A stretch of 64,000 bases of DNA from Stylophora pistillata (Eukaryota). Made by a program: the position numbers and the translations under genes. Location: positions 340,134 through 404,133 of the forward strand of contig NW_019217852.1 in the NCBI RefSeq assembly GCF_002571385.2, read 5' to 3'. The notes below the pieces were generated by a model. It was given only the letters and a program-made list of their open reading frames with translations, was not told the DNA's origin and ran no database searches. Shown piece by piece: positions 11,761 to 23,626 of the stretch (within the stretch, counting starts at the first letter, position 1; the number at the start of each line of letters is the position of its first letter).

Positions 11761-12879
11761 ATTATTTATTATTATCCAAGATTATTAATAATTATTATTG
11801 TGAATAATTTACTGTAATGTAGGGGTTAGGATTCTCATTTCTGCGTTGCCTTTTCTAATGACTGCTTATAATTGAAGATTCTGTCCTCAGTTGTGTGTCT
11901 TTCAGAACAGCCAAGATCCTGTGAATCATCACTTGAAGGACCTACAATTGTAGACTGAGCATGCTCAATTTGCTGGTTGTTGCATTTAAATAAATTTTTG
12001 TCCATCATACCCTCTCTAATCGTTTTGGCATAAAGTAGTTTAAATTTTGGTTTATGTGAACATTTCTTTTTCCTTAACCCCTTCCTCAGAGATAATTGTG
12101 TATAGAATTCCCTTCCATTTTCAAACCCATTGAGAGGAAAAATGACGATCAGAGCTTTTCAAATACCCTCCCTACCCCATAATAATGACCCTTCAAGGGT
12201 GGGTAGGTGGGTGCATTTCCTTACAACACAAGTAGGAATCAGGTTTTCAGTTCAACTTCATTCTGTGGGTATTCACCTTTTTATAACGCAAAATTTGGAT
12301 TAGTTTTAGATGAGCGAAGAAAATTCCTAGAGATGAAAAACTACTTTCTAAGGACTCTTGGTAGCACCCTAAATAAGACATGAGCCGACAGAATCATGGC
12401 TCTGGAATATATTGAGATTTTAGAAAAGGTTCATGAAAATTTAAGTTGTTCGAAGTTCATACCTGCCCCCCGACGCCTCGCTTCCTGGCCAAATATTCTG
12501 TTTTCCGGACGATATCTCAGCTGCGGACATTATCAGCCGACATACCAGTTGCCCAAAGGGTTTTATCTACTAAATATTTTACAACATGTGCCCAGCTGAA
12601 CAGATCCCATGAAACTTAACGACATTTAAAAACTTAACTTGTATTCACATGCCGCAGAGATAAATAACCGCCTCTCTGAGGTATACTTTCCCCGACAATT
12701 TATTACCTCATGCAAATTTAAGTGATGTTTGAATTCTTTCGATTCATTCAAATGACCCTGCTTTGTCAATTTGCTCAAGTTCAGTCCGATATATCAATAG
12801 TAACTGTTCCACGCCGCGCCTGTTCATAAATTTTTCCATAGTTTATAGGTAAGCTTGCGGAGAAAACCGCTGCCAGCCG

Positions 12880-12909
12880 CCAATCAAAATCGTAAGGGGA
12901 TTCCCCTTA
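12880..12909 (+). promoter_or_regulatory. STING-3 promoter CCAAT box and palindromic kB site
   Basis: CCAAT 12880-12884; GGGGATTCCCC 12896-12906 inside the longer palindrome TAAGGGGATTCCCCTTA; ends 142 bp before the ATG at 13048. Confidence 0.7.
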
Positions 12910-13047
12910 AAGCGAACCCAATAAGTTGAAAACAAAATGCCATCTGCCACGCAAGCAATTCGAGATCCCTTTCGAAGGCGCAAAGAAGAAAAAAAAAAAA
13001 AACATTCTGAAAGGGCAAGCACTAGAAGATTCGTCCTCATTTGATGA

Positions 13048-14807
13048 ATGGATCAACAGGAAAATAACGGATTTGGACCGATTTTCAAGCCCCGCGGCAA
13101 GGCTGTCACTTTCGCTTCAGTAGTGATAGCCATTATATCTGGGGCCCTTCTTGTGTTTGCGCTGTGGGAGAGCGAAGATAAGGACGGGATAAACTTTGTG
13201 TTCTTTGCAACAGCCCTTCTTATGCTAAGCGTAATTATAGGTGAACTAATCAGAAGGGTGTCGATGCTAGCTGAAGAAATTCGACACAAGCAGACCAGAT
13301 ATCAAGGGGAATGGAGGCGAGTTTTCAGATCTACTTTCGCATTTGAATATGGTTCTTGCATTTTAGCTGTCGGTACCACTTCCGTTCTGTTTGTGTGTTA
13401 TGCTTTGTTGCAAAACTACGAAGCTTTTTTCCGCCTAGATTATGGCATCTTCTTTATTCTGAACTGTTTTGTGATACCACAACTGGTTTTCATCGTTGGT
13501 ATCAGAGAACCGAACACAGTGGAAGCAACAATGTTGAACGAAAGAAATAACAAGAACGTTGCTGACGGCTTTGCATGGAACTACTACTTCGGCTACCTAA
13601 AGTTGGTTCTTCCTAGGCTTGAGGCTCAGATTGCAAAATCGTCGGAGTTTCGTTACAAGATAACCAAGAAGAAACTTTACATCTTGGTGCCGAAAACATG
13701 TTATGTTTATGATAATATTGCCGACGCAGATCCCAGGGTTACTTGGGCCGGTGATCTTACACCGTGTAAAATCAACAGGGGAGGGATAAAGGAAAGAATT
13801 TACAAACAAGCAGTTTACCGCGTAGCGATGACTGACAAACATGAATACTTCTTCATTTTGGAATACGCTTCCAATCTTATGTCCTTGTATGACATGTCTC
13901 TCCATGAAGACGCTCCCTTGAGTCGCCAAGAGCGGGATGATCAGGTACATAAACATCGACAGTGGTTTAGCTGGGTCTGTACTCTTATCGACAACGATAT
14001 TCGTCAGTACTGTCGTCAAAATATTGTGGACTCACGAGGCGCAGCCGAGTGAGTCAGCAACAAATCAATGTCGATATTATTTTTACCACAACTTCAAATT
14101 GAAATAAAACGACTCTTTCAGTACATGACACGTTGCGTGACGCGTTAACGCGAGCAGCGTTGTCCTTGTTCTTATTGGTCAATCAGACTGCGACATTACT
14201 GCCAATTGTGGAAAAATTCAGTTTTTTCTTAAATGTTTTGCCATCCGAAGGGAAAGGGTTTGTCGGGAACTTCTGAAGGTGGGGAACCCTAGGTAGATGA
14301 GGTAACCCACCAAGCCGAGGTCGAAAAATAGCCCGAGTTTACAAACAATCTTACATCCACCGGATCTCGGGGAGAAGGATCTAGAGGTTGTTGGCATGCT
14401 AGCAAATGTAACATGAACGCGACTCCGGCTAGGTGGGTTACCTCACCTTGAGACGTTTACATGGCAAATTGTGACCCTGACAGGGTTACCCTACCTAGCG
14501 GACAACACTTCCTGCCCAAGCAGGTTACTCCACCCATCATGTAAATATCAAATTAAATCAAAGTAAATAAGAAATTATATGAGAAGGCGTGGTTTGTTTG
14601 TTTGTTTTTTTTTTTTACATGCAAATCGTTTTCTTGTAGGTTGTTCTTTTCATTCGCAAACTGAGGGAAATTCTTGAGGGTTGTAAAGAATGCAGAGGAA
14701 AGTGCGAAATAGTTCCCATTTCAGGAGATGAAAAATCAAAGATAGCAGATGTTCTGGTGGCAATACATAATGCTACTCAAGTGGAGTCAGATGAAGCCGA
14801 CCTTTAG
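13048..14807 (+). CDS. STING paralogue 3 (354 aa, two exons)
   Basis: Exon 1 13048-13944, intron 13945-14639 (same phase-0 position as the other paralogues), exon 2 14640-14807 ([29 protein letters not shown]...ESDEADL*). Motifs [37 protein letters not shown]. Confidence 0.95.
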
Positions 14808-16992
14808 GTTTAAAGAGTGGATGATTGTAACCAACTGTTAATGTCACAAAACAGCTTTTAAATTCAACTCTTTCACTCCCAAGATCGTTTTAGCAATTCT
14901 CCTTACTGTCTGCCATACAATTCTTTTGAAGCAAGTTTGGAGAATTTGGTATCTGATCAACTAATAATCCTCTAATATTAATTATTTTTCTTCATTTTCA
15001 TCACTTGTCTGCTTGACATTGTATTGCTATTGTAAGGAGAAATTCTGTCTTGGTCACTCCTGGGAATTAAAGGGGTTTACCAAATCCGGTGTAGTTCTAG
15101 CCTCATTCAGCCACATTTTGATATTGCAGTACTGTTAGCCTTCACAAGGTGATTACCGGTAATACAATTGGAACAAGAATCTCAAACATGATTGGGTTAT
15201 CAGCAGCCTATGTTGAACACTAAATGGACAGTTTACATATTATACTTGTAATAAGACAGTGTTAATGGCCAGTTTACACATCCTACCTGTGTATGTGGAT
15301 AGTATACAGTACTTTCTCCAATAGGTGCAGTATGCTCAATTAAAATTTCAGCTAATAGGGAGGGAGGGGGCATTCATTGGATGGAGGGTTTTTAATCCAG
15401 GGGGTGCTTATTATTCTCCTATACTGATTCTGCTGCAGTTGAAGCTTAAAAAGTTACAAATTAAGTGGCTGTAGAAACAGGTTTACTTGTATTCCCACCA
15501 TTTAGGAAAGTGAGGGACAGGGTACTTGTTTGACATTATGACGTAGTAGATAGGCACTTATTTGGGGGATGTCTCTTATTTGATTGAATTCCATATGTCA
15601 TTTGCATACAATGTTATTCAAACTATTGCATTCGTTTTCTCTTAAAAGTGTCCATTGAAATATTTCTAATTAACAAATGGTAAACACCACAGCGTACACT
15701 ATTGAGTTATGGATGCACTCGGGAGGTTGCTAAGCACGAAAGAAGCGCGAGAGTTGCTCGAGGCAATAGCCTAGAGCGACTCTAGCTTCTTGAGTAGTAC
15801 ACAATACTCAATAGTGTACACCATACTCAATAGTGTACACCATACTCAATAGTGTACACCACAGTGTACACTTGTATAGTGTACACTGTGGTGTTTACCA
15901 TTTGTTTTATAACATAACATTAATACATATTAGCTATAGAGTTCCCTTTTATTTAACAAATCTTACATGACCAGAAAAAACAAGCGTGCGCAGAAAATAG
16001 TCTTTGCATTTGCTCACGTCAGTAGCGTACACCCATGGGCAAATGGGGGATGCTGAATTGACCAATCAGAGTGTGCGCTTTTCTTTGGTTATGTTATAAA
16101 TTGTCTTAGTCTAGCAAATAAAAATGTTACCTCCAATTCAGCTAGTCTGGTTTGTCAAATGAGCAAAGAGAACAAATTTAATGATCAAAGATCCAGCCCT
16201 TTGTATTAACTTAACCTCGCACAAAGTTGTTATGTATCTTTTCCTTCGAAGGATTCACATGTTTTTTCATTGGTAAACATTACAGTAGTTAAAAAAACTT
16301 ATTATCTCTCCTTTTCTAATTACAATAATTAATTCAAGACCATCAATTCTACAATTTTCCTTTATCTCACAAAATCATGGAAATTCCAGATTTAGGATGA
16401 ATAAAAACTTGGGAATCATGTTTCAATCTTTGATTGGAAAGCAGTCTGTAAAATTTGGATTACTCTTGAGCATTTATAAAAATATCTGATTAAAGACTCC
16501 CTGAGGATGTCTTCACTTTACACAAATGAAAGAATAAAATGGAAATCACAACCTTTCAATATTCATAATTTTTTCAAAAATGGTGGAAAATATGTTCTTT
16601 TTTTTATCTATATGATAAGTGAATTTTTGATGCCTTGTTTTAAAAAAGACCCTTTTCTTAACTCTGAAGATGTAATTGAGGTAAAGAGAGCTCATTGACA
16701 TAACTGTAAAAAGCTCTTTATAAAAATTTTGAAGTAAGGTAATCTTAACACAGATGTTCATGGTTAGTATTTTACTTTCACCATTTGACTAGCATCTTAT
16801 TTCTCATTAACATATCACCCCTGTTTCACACATTAAGGTCATGAGAAAAAAGGAAATAATCACTCACTGAAGAAGCTCTTGATTATTGAAGAAATTCACC
16901 TTGTCGGTGCCTTAGGAAATGTATAGAGAACAATATGGAGAATATGCACACTGATGTTAGTATAAAGGGTTACTGACTATCTCATGTTTCTG

Positions 16993-17475
16993 CTACACTA
17001 CAGGAAATGTCATGTCTACTTTATCCCCAAGACCACAAGCTATAGTTTGTCCAGGCTTGACTTCCGAGACACCTTCCGGAGTCCCTGTCAAAATTAAATC
17101 TCCTTCCTCTAAAGTCATACTCTGACTGATAAAGCTGATCAAATAAGGAATGGTAAAGATCATATCTCGGGTGTTTCCATCTTGTTTTAGTTCTCCATCA
17201 ACTTTCAGCCAAATATGGACATTATCAGGTTCTGGAATCTCTGTCTTGGAGACGAATCTACTGACAGGCAATGCAGTATCAAAACCTTTAGCAAGTGTCC
17301 ATGGTTGACCCAGCTTCTTGGCTTTATTTTGAAGATCTCTTGCAGTCATATCAAGTGCAAGAGCATATCCCCCAACATAATCCATTGCATTGGATTCCGG
17401 AATAGACACGCCTGTCTTACTAATCACAACACCAAGTTCTACTTCATGGTGAAGCTCGTCACAGCCTGGAGGAAG
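16993..17475 (-). CDS. FAHD1-like terminal exon (canonical-type catalytic C-terminal ~160 aa); no private 5' exons found
   Basis: Acceptor ttgcag then LPPGCDELHHEVELGVVI...ALDMTARDLQ...PWTLAKGFD...GDLILTGTPEGV to the stop at 16993-16995; phase 0, compatible with the donor after exon 2 (21288) of the neighbouring copy. Confidence 0.85.
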   Translation of the reverse strand, partial: LPPGCDELHHEVELGVVISKTGVSIPESNAMDYVGGYALALDMTARDLQNKAKKLGQPWTLAKGFDTALPVSRFVSKTEIPEPDNVHIWLKVDGELKQDGNTRDMIFTIPYLISFISQSMTLEEGDLILTGTPEGVSEVKPGQTIACGLGDKVDMTFPVV

Positions 17476-17619
17476 CTGCAAGCAAAACAAATATGTAAAT
17501 GAGAGAATAGAAAATAAAAGTCTATGGATAAGTATGCCGTAGCAATAACGTTCAAAGAGTTCGAAAAAGCCTTAATTCTAGCCTCCAAAGTGTATAAATA
17601 TTTTTTAAAAATTGGGGGT

Positions 17620-17930
17620 CATAAGAATTGGACCAACACTCAAGGTCTTAAAATAATTGAGAAGAATTTGCTACCTTTCTATAACATCAAGAAATGGTTA
17701 GATATTCTAGTCTTCTCGGATAGGGACGAATAAATGGAGGTCCCGTCTCCTGCAGGGTTGGGGGTAGGAGACGTTAATTTCCCACGCACGAGATTACTGT
17801 GTGATGGATGTCCTCCCCTGGGGTGGGATGGGTGGGTTTACTGGGCCCGCAGTAATCGGCGCAAGCTGTTGCGGTGTCCCTGCCGGTTGGCGAAGCTAAA
17901 TAAATCATAAATCATAAATCATAAATCACA
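17620..17930 (+). mobile_element. SINE-like fragment (Nin/Deu-domain-like) with (ATAAATC)n tail
   Basis: cactcaaggtcttaaaataattgag...gtcttctcggatagggacgaataaa resembles recalled cnidarian SINE cores; tandem ATAAATC tail at about 17900-17927. Confidence 0.45.
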
Positions 17931-18039
17931 AACATTTCTTAGCCTAGTATAATTTTTTTATTTCACTTTAACCTCAACCTGATACTAAGAATGTTTGTCC
18001 CTTAGCTGGAAAAAATTTAAAATAATCAATACTTTCCAA

Positions 18040-18290
18040 TGAATAAAGGCTGATAGTTTCAAAAGAAACTGTTTGGGGCTGCGTCGGTAGGAGTAACGAA
18101 ATAATTTGGATATATCAAAAAAGTTGCCATGTTCCCACCAACAACGTAGCTCCATTCTCTGCCTTTAAAAGGACACACAACCCACAATTCCTCTATTCGC
18201 TCCGACGAAGGGCTAACGCTCGAAACGTCAGCTCTTGTAATCGTTACGGTGGCCAATTTACCATTTCAACTTTGTTGATATATCCAAAAT
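18040..18290. mobile_element. Penelope-like terminal repeat with inverted segment and hammerhead-like motif
   Basis: Shares atgaataaaggctgatagtttc...aaataatttggatatatcaa with 19321-19400; motif gctccgacgaagggctaacgctcgaaacgtcagc at 18199-18232. Confidence 0.65.
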
Positions 18291-19320
18291 ACTTTCTAAC
18301 ATATGGAATGTTTGTAACAATGCAGTTAATTTTCAACATTTAGCAATACAAAATTTGGAGCACTTGGTAGGCTTTCATTTTCATGGTACAGGCACGTAGG
18401 GTGGTCATTTTTTCAAGTACACACAAGTACATATAATCTAGAAACCTAAGTAAACTGAGCGAAAAAATAGAAACAATAGGCTATTTTACAGTTGTGTACT
18501 TAGTTGCCAAGCCTTTGATTCAGTGAGGCTAAAGATGACCTTGTTGTGATAGAGACCTGTATCTAGTTAGCATGATAACAAAGTGATTTACATTTGAAAG
18601 GCAGCAAGGTTTGTATCATAACAAGGTCATCCCTTGCCTCACTCCCGTTCAAAGGCTTAGCAACCAAGCACACAACTGTAAAATGGACTATTGCTAAAAA
18701 ATTTCAAAATTTTCTGGTCACTTCAAGTATGCACGTGTATATATGTGTATAGGATGCTACGTGCCTGTGGTAGGGGTTAGAGCTTTTAAAGGTGTGTTAT
18801 GTCACAGATCTGATATAAAGGAGAAACATAATGTTTGTATGTTGTATGATTTGATGACAAAACAGAAAAGAATTGTAAGAACAATATATTTGCAATTGAA
18901 AAAATTCACCCACTCAGGCTTTTTTTTTTTACCCTTTATATCCTTATAACAGTATGCATATGCTGTAAACTGTTCTCTAAACATTTCCGAGAATTCATTC
19001 AGCACTCAAGAACTTCTTCACTTTGTGATCATTATTTTAATTCTCATGACCTTAATGTGTGATTTAGGGATGACTTTGTACTTGGAGAAATTAGATGCTT
19101 GTCAAACTAAGAGGTCAAAGGGTTTATTATCTCATTTGCGCATCTAGATGAAGGTGTACCATCCTCACTGGTGGTATCACATAGAAAGTGAGCTTCCGGT
19201 ACAAGCATGTTTTTGAACATTTTAGAGAGGGACATACCCACTTTTTTAAGGGTGTTACCCCTCTCAAAGAAAAATTTCTTTATTACCCTTTGCATTAGAT
19301 CTGTGAACCTAAAAAATATT

Positions 19321-19570
19321 TATGAATAAAGGCTGATAGTTTCGAAAGAAACTGTTTGGGGCTGTGTCGGAGGGAGTAACGAAATAATTTGGATATATCA
19401 ACAAAGTTGAAGAGGTAAATTGGCCACCGTAACAATTACAAAAGCTGATGTTTCGAGCGTTAGCCCTTCGTCGGAGTTCACTCCAACAAAGGGCTAACGC
19501 TCGAAACGTCAGCTTTTGTAATCGTTACGGTGGCCAATTTACCATTTCAACTTTGTTGATATATCTAAAA
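19321..19570. mobile_element. Inverted pair of Penelope-like terminal repeats
   Basis: Hammerhead-like motif on - at 19444-19476 immediately followed by the same motif on + at 19481-19513; flanking arms are reverse-complementary. Confidence 0.7.
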
Positions 19571-19590
19571 AAAATATTTATCACAGCCCT

Positions 19591-21535
19591 TTAAGATGAC
19601 ACAGGGAAGGTCATTTCTATCTTGTTCCCCAGTCCACAAATTATTGTCTGACCCCTTTTCACTGGGGAACCTCCCTCTGGAGTTCCTGTTAAAATCAAAT
19701 CCCCTTCTTCTAATGTCATGTAACGGCTGACAAAACTGATTAAATGAGGAATCTTATAAATCATATCCTGTGTATTTCCATCCTGCTTTGTTTCACCGTC
19801 AACTTTCAACCACAGATGTACATCGTTTGGGTCTGTAATCGCTGATTTGGGTATAAATTCACTGACTGGTGTTGCTGTGTCAAAGCCTTTGGCAAGTGCC
19901 CATGGGTAGGTAACTTTAATGGCTTCATTCTGAAAATAGAAGGAAACATGACTTATCAGAATCCTATTTAGGATAATTACTTAACCGTTTAGCTCTCAAG
20001 ATCAGATGGTTAAATCTCCCCTCTACCTTCTATACATTTCCTTACAAATAAGTTTCGAGAGTTTGGTGTTAGATCAAGTTAAAAACTTCTACCTGATAAG
20101 TTTGAGTATTCTCATTACCTGTTTGCTGGAAAATGCATAAATACTATGATGAGAAGTTAGGGGCTAATTTAAAATGCAAAATGAGTAAAAGAGCTCAACT
20201 CTTACTTTATTTTTAGTATTCACTACAATAGAACACTTTGCAATACCTTGATAAAAATAAAAGTATATTCTAGATGATAGGAAAGATATACAGTCAATAT
20301 CTCGAGGTACTCATGAGCCTTGACAAAATTCACAATGTTTTAACAGTTATTGAGGTAGCATGATGTAAAAGGCTGAAAAAAAATCAGGGAAATAGTCACT
20401 GAGGTGTTAATAACCTATGAGCAGGCCTTCTTTTTCAAGAAGGGGGGGGGGTAATAAAAGCTTGAGGCTCTCTTCTCACGAGGACCAACAACTTTTACAT
20501 TGATCACTAACTTCCAACTAACTCCTAAAAATATGCATAATTGCACATTTGGTAAGTGATCACTGCTTTTTGAGCCAAAAGGCTAAAAAAGACTTACTTT
20601 TTCAGTTATAAGATCAAAATCAGTCATGTCTAGAGCCAGAGCATATCCTCCAACATGCTCCATAGCTTGAGACTCTGTAATAGTTTTGCCAGTTTTGCCA
20701 ATCACAACTCCAAGCTCTACTTCATGATAAATCTGATCACGACCCACTGGAATCTGTTGAAAGTGTTAAAAAATCATGATTTTGCGTGTGCTTGAGGATC
20801 ACAAGGTTTTATAAAACACTTCTTTGAACAACTAGTTAGTGTTAGCATCCTGTAGGGATTATGAAGGTTTGTGGGTACCATTTAATTCACATGCAACACC
20901 TGTCAAGAGTCAACTTCCAACACTATTAATGACATGGCCGACTCCATAAATGTTTATGACGTAAATCCCCTCTTCTGATTGGTTACTAGGGGTGCAAAAT
21001 ATTCAAAACAGGCCCCATTTTAACCTGTCTGATTTGCGATCATATATGTTGGCTACTTTAAACACAAATGTCTTACGCTTTGGCGTGAAACGTAATCACC
21101 ACGCTTTTCACATGAACAAGTGACCATTGAACCTCAACTCCTCCACAAAGGAGGTGCCACATAACCGTGTAGGGAATCCCCAAGCCAGGACTAAACTCTA
21201 ATTCTAAACAAAACACATTATCGCCAGTCGATATCTTTTTCAAGTCTCGATCCCACTGATACCTTTTACGCTATCTCGAGAACTTACCTTAATTTTTTCC
21301 CCCGGACTCAAATATGTTGACGTTGGTTTTAAAAAAATCAAGGGATCTTGAGCAGGAGGGGGCTGTTGTGGCGATCCGTTGGGCCTGAATTAACGAAAGG
21401 AGTCTACAAATAAGACACTGAAAAAGGTTTAAAAAAATAAATAAAAAAACAGACTAACCTGTAGTTTTTACCCACGCCGATAATTTTGCGTCCAAATTCC
21501 ACAAACCTTCTGAGATCTCGTCCTTGGGAAGCCAT
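19591..21535 (-). CDS. FAHD1: FAHD1-like fumarylacetoacetate-hydrolase-family protein, divergent copy (222 aa, four exons)
   Basis: Exons 21535-21459, 21384-21288, 20753-20598, 19929-19591; all GT-AG and phase-consistent. MASQGRDLRRFVEFGRKIIGVGKNY...PLIFLKPTSTY...YHEVELGVVIG...ALDMT...PWALAKGFD...GDLILTGTP. Confidence 0.9.
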
Positions 21536-22629
21536 TTTTGCTTTGCAAATAAAAGAGACTGGGGATAGTGTACGCGTGGTCTTTCAGGGTACTCCGGTCG
21601 AAATGCACGTGGGGGAGCCCGTTGGTCGTCCTTTGCAGTCACGATGTCCAGTCTGTTCAGATTTATGGAAAATTTTCCGCAAACGGAATGTTTATTTCTT
21701 ATGGTAGCGTTTTTCTTTTATTTCTCTTTTTTTGTATTTGTTTTTGTTTCCTTTGTTTATTTTTTTTTATTTTTCTAACGAGAGATTGGTTTTTTCTTGG
21801 CCTCTGACAAGATACCAAGCTATTCAGAATGCGAATACTTCGATTAGTACCACCCAGCATCCTGCAGTTTCTGGCGAACTAGTGTCCATGAAAAAAAATT
21901 GCTGAGGCAGTATGTTACGATACTTAATGCATGAAAAAAAAAAATAATAAAATAAAATAAAATAAAATAAAATGCAATCAGCTACTGGCAACTGAGTTGT
22001 AGTTTTCGTTTGCGTGGTTCTGTGAATTCAGTAGTTTCTTAAAGAAACCACATTATTTTTAAATGTGCAGTTTTTCCAGTTCTCGCCCCCCTCCCTGCTA
22101 AATAATAGATAATGGACTGCCCCTATCTACAGCTAAATTTCGACAGTCACTTTTGAGGAGGGAAGAGCTTGTAGAGAGGAACTTATTTGTGGTGGGGAAT
22201 CCTTTAAATGATTTAAGACAACTAAATCATTTTCTACAATATTTGTCATACTGCAAAAATAATCTGCTTTAATAGCCAAGAAAATTTGCATAAACGTGAT
22301 TTGGTAAGTCAGAAAGTCAACTTGAAATCACCAGCAGTTGCAGAATCTCCTGGTTATCACGGGTTGGGGCGGGGTTTTACGATGAGAAGCTTAAAAGGGA
22401 CTCGAGGAGACTTGGGAAGAAAATTTCGCTGTGTTGAGTCGTCGGAAAGAAAAAAAGTAAAGACCAATTAGTTGCAGAAGTAACTTTTTTCACACCGGAG
22501 ATAACGAAGTATAGAAACAGTCTACGCACTAGTGTGTACTACAACACAATAGATTCTCATAGCAACTTGTCGTATTCATCTTCGCATCAATCTTACGTCA
22601 AGAATTGCGGCCATTTTCTCCGGTAGTTT

Positions 22630-23130
22630 CTTGGACTTAATCGTTTATCTAATGATAAATCTGATTTTTCCAACAAATCAGAGGCATCTATCGCAAAAAG
22701 GTATACATTGGCGAAACAGAAAGACGACTAGGAGACCGATTTCGAGAACAACTTCGTGACATAAAAAGTACTAACAAGGACGCATCAAAACCAGTAGACA
22801 GACACTTTAATCTCCCAAATCGTTCTAAGCAGTCCAGAAACCCAAAAACTCTAGAACAAAAATTTATTCTTTAAATCGGCACTCTTAATTTCCACGGTAT
22901 CAACGAACAATTTTCATTCAACTAAGTTTATTCTTGTCTTCCTTATTACTATGTTCCCATCGATAGCGAAGCTCCATTTTCTGGATATAAAACACACGCA
23001 ACCCAAAATTCCTCTTTACGCTCTGACGAAGGGCTAACGTCCGAAATATCAGCTTTAAAAACTCTTTACGGTGGCCAACTTTTATCATCAACTCATTTGC
23101 TCAGCAGCACTACAGTTTCTTTAGAGACTT
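22630..23130 (+). mobile_element. Penelope-like retroelement 3' remnant (GIY-YIG endonuclease fragment plus terminal repeat)
   Basis: From 22701 reads VYIGETERRLGDRFREQLRD...KDASKPVDRHFNLPN (GIY-YIG YIG-x-T motif); downstream hammerhead core CTGACGA-AGGGCTAACGTCC-GAAA at 23023-23046. Confidence 0.8.
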
Positions 23131-23144
23131 ACCCCCTTTATTCA

Positions 23145-23550
23145 CCTGGGCCCAGTTGTTCAAAGAGCGGATAACACTATCCAACGGATAAATCGCTATC
23201 CAGCGGATAAGCGTTAACAAAACCAGGGCTGTAGCCAGATTTCAGGACAAGACGAGACAAGTTTCGAGCGCCGAAGGCGCGAGCCGCTAGAGGGGTCTGG
23301 GGGCGTGCCCCCCAGAAAACTTTGACATCTAGAAGTTTACAAATGCTCTTTTAAGGATTTTCCGTGGCACTTTTCTTCAGAAAAGTCAATCTTTAAGAAA
23401 AAAAATTAAAAAAGGCCAAAATTAAGACGAGCCAATTGCCTCGTCTTGCCTCATGCTAGCTACGGCCCTGAAAACGTACTGCGCTATTTACCGGATAGAG
23501 ATTTTATCCAGTGAATAGCATCATCCATCCTTCGAACAAACGGAGCCTGA
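23145..23550. mobile_element. MITE with a second MITE nested inside
   Basis: Outer ends cctgggcccagttgttcaaa / ttcgaacaaacggagcctg; inner element cagggctgtagccag (about 23224) to ctagctacggccctg (about 23470). Confidence 0.55.
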
Positions 23551-23626
23551 AGTATAGAAGTCTTTGTCTGCTTTTAGGATTTTCTCTGGCAACAACAATA
23601 ATAATACTGTCATTCACAATTCGTGA

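Noticed and set aside
13945-14052. C-terminal VHKHRQW... tail of ORF 13048..14052
   Set aside because: Read-through into the intron; the conserved donor at 13945 and homologous exon 2 at 14640 give the true C-terminus.
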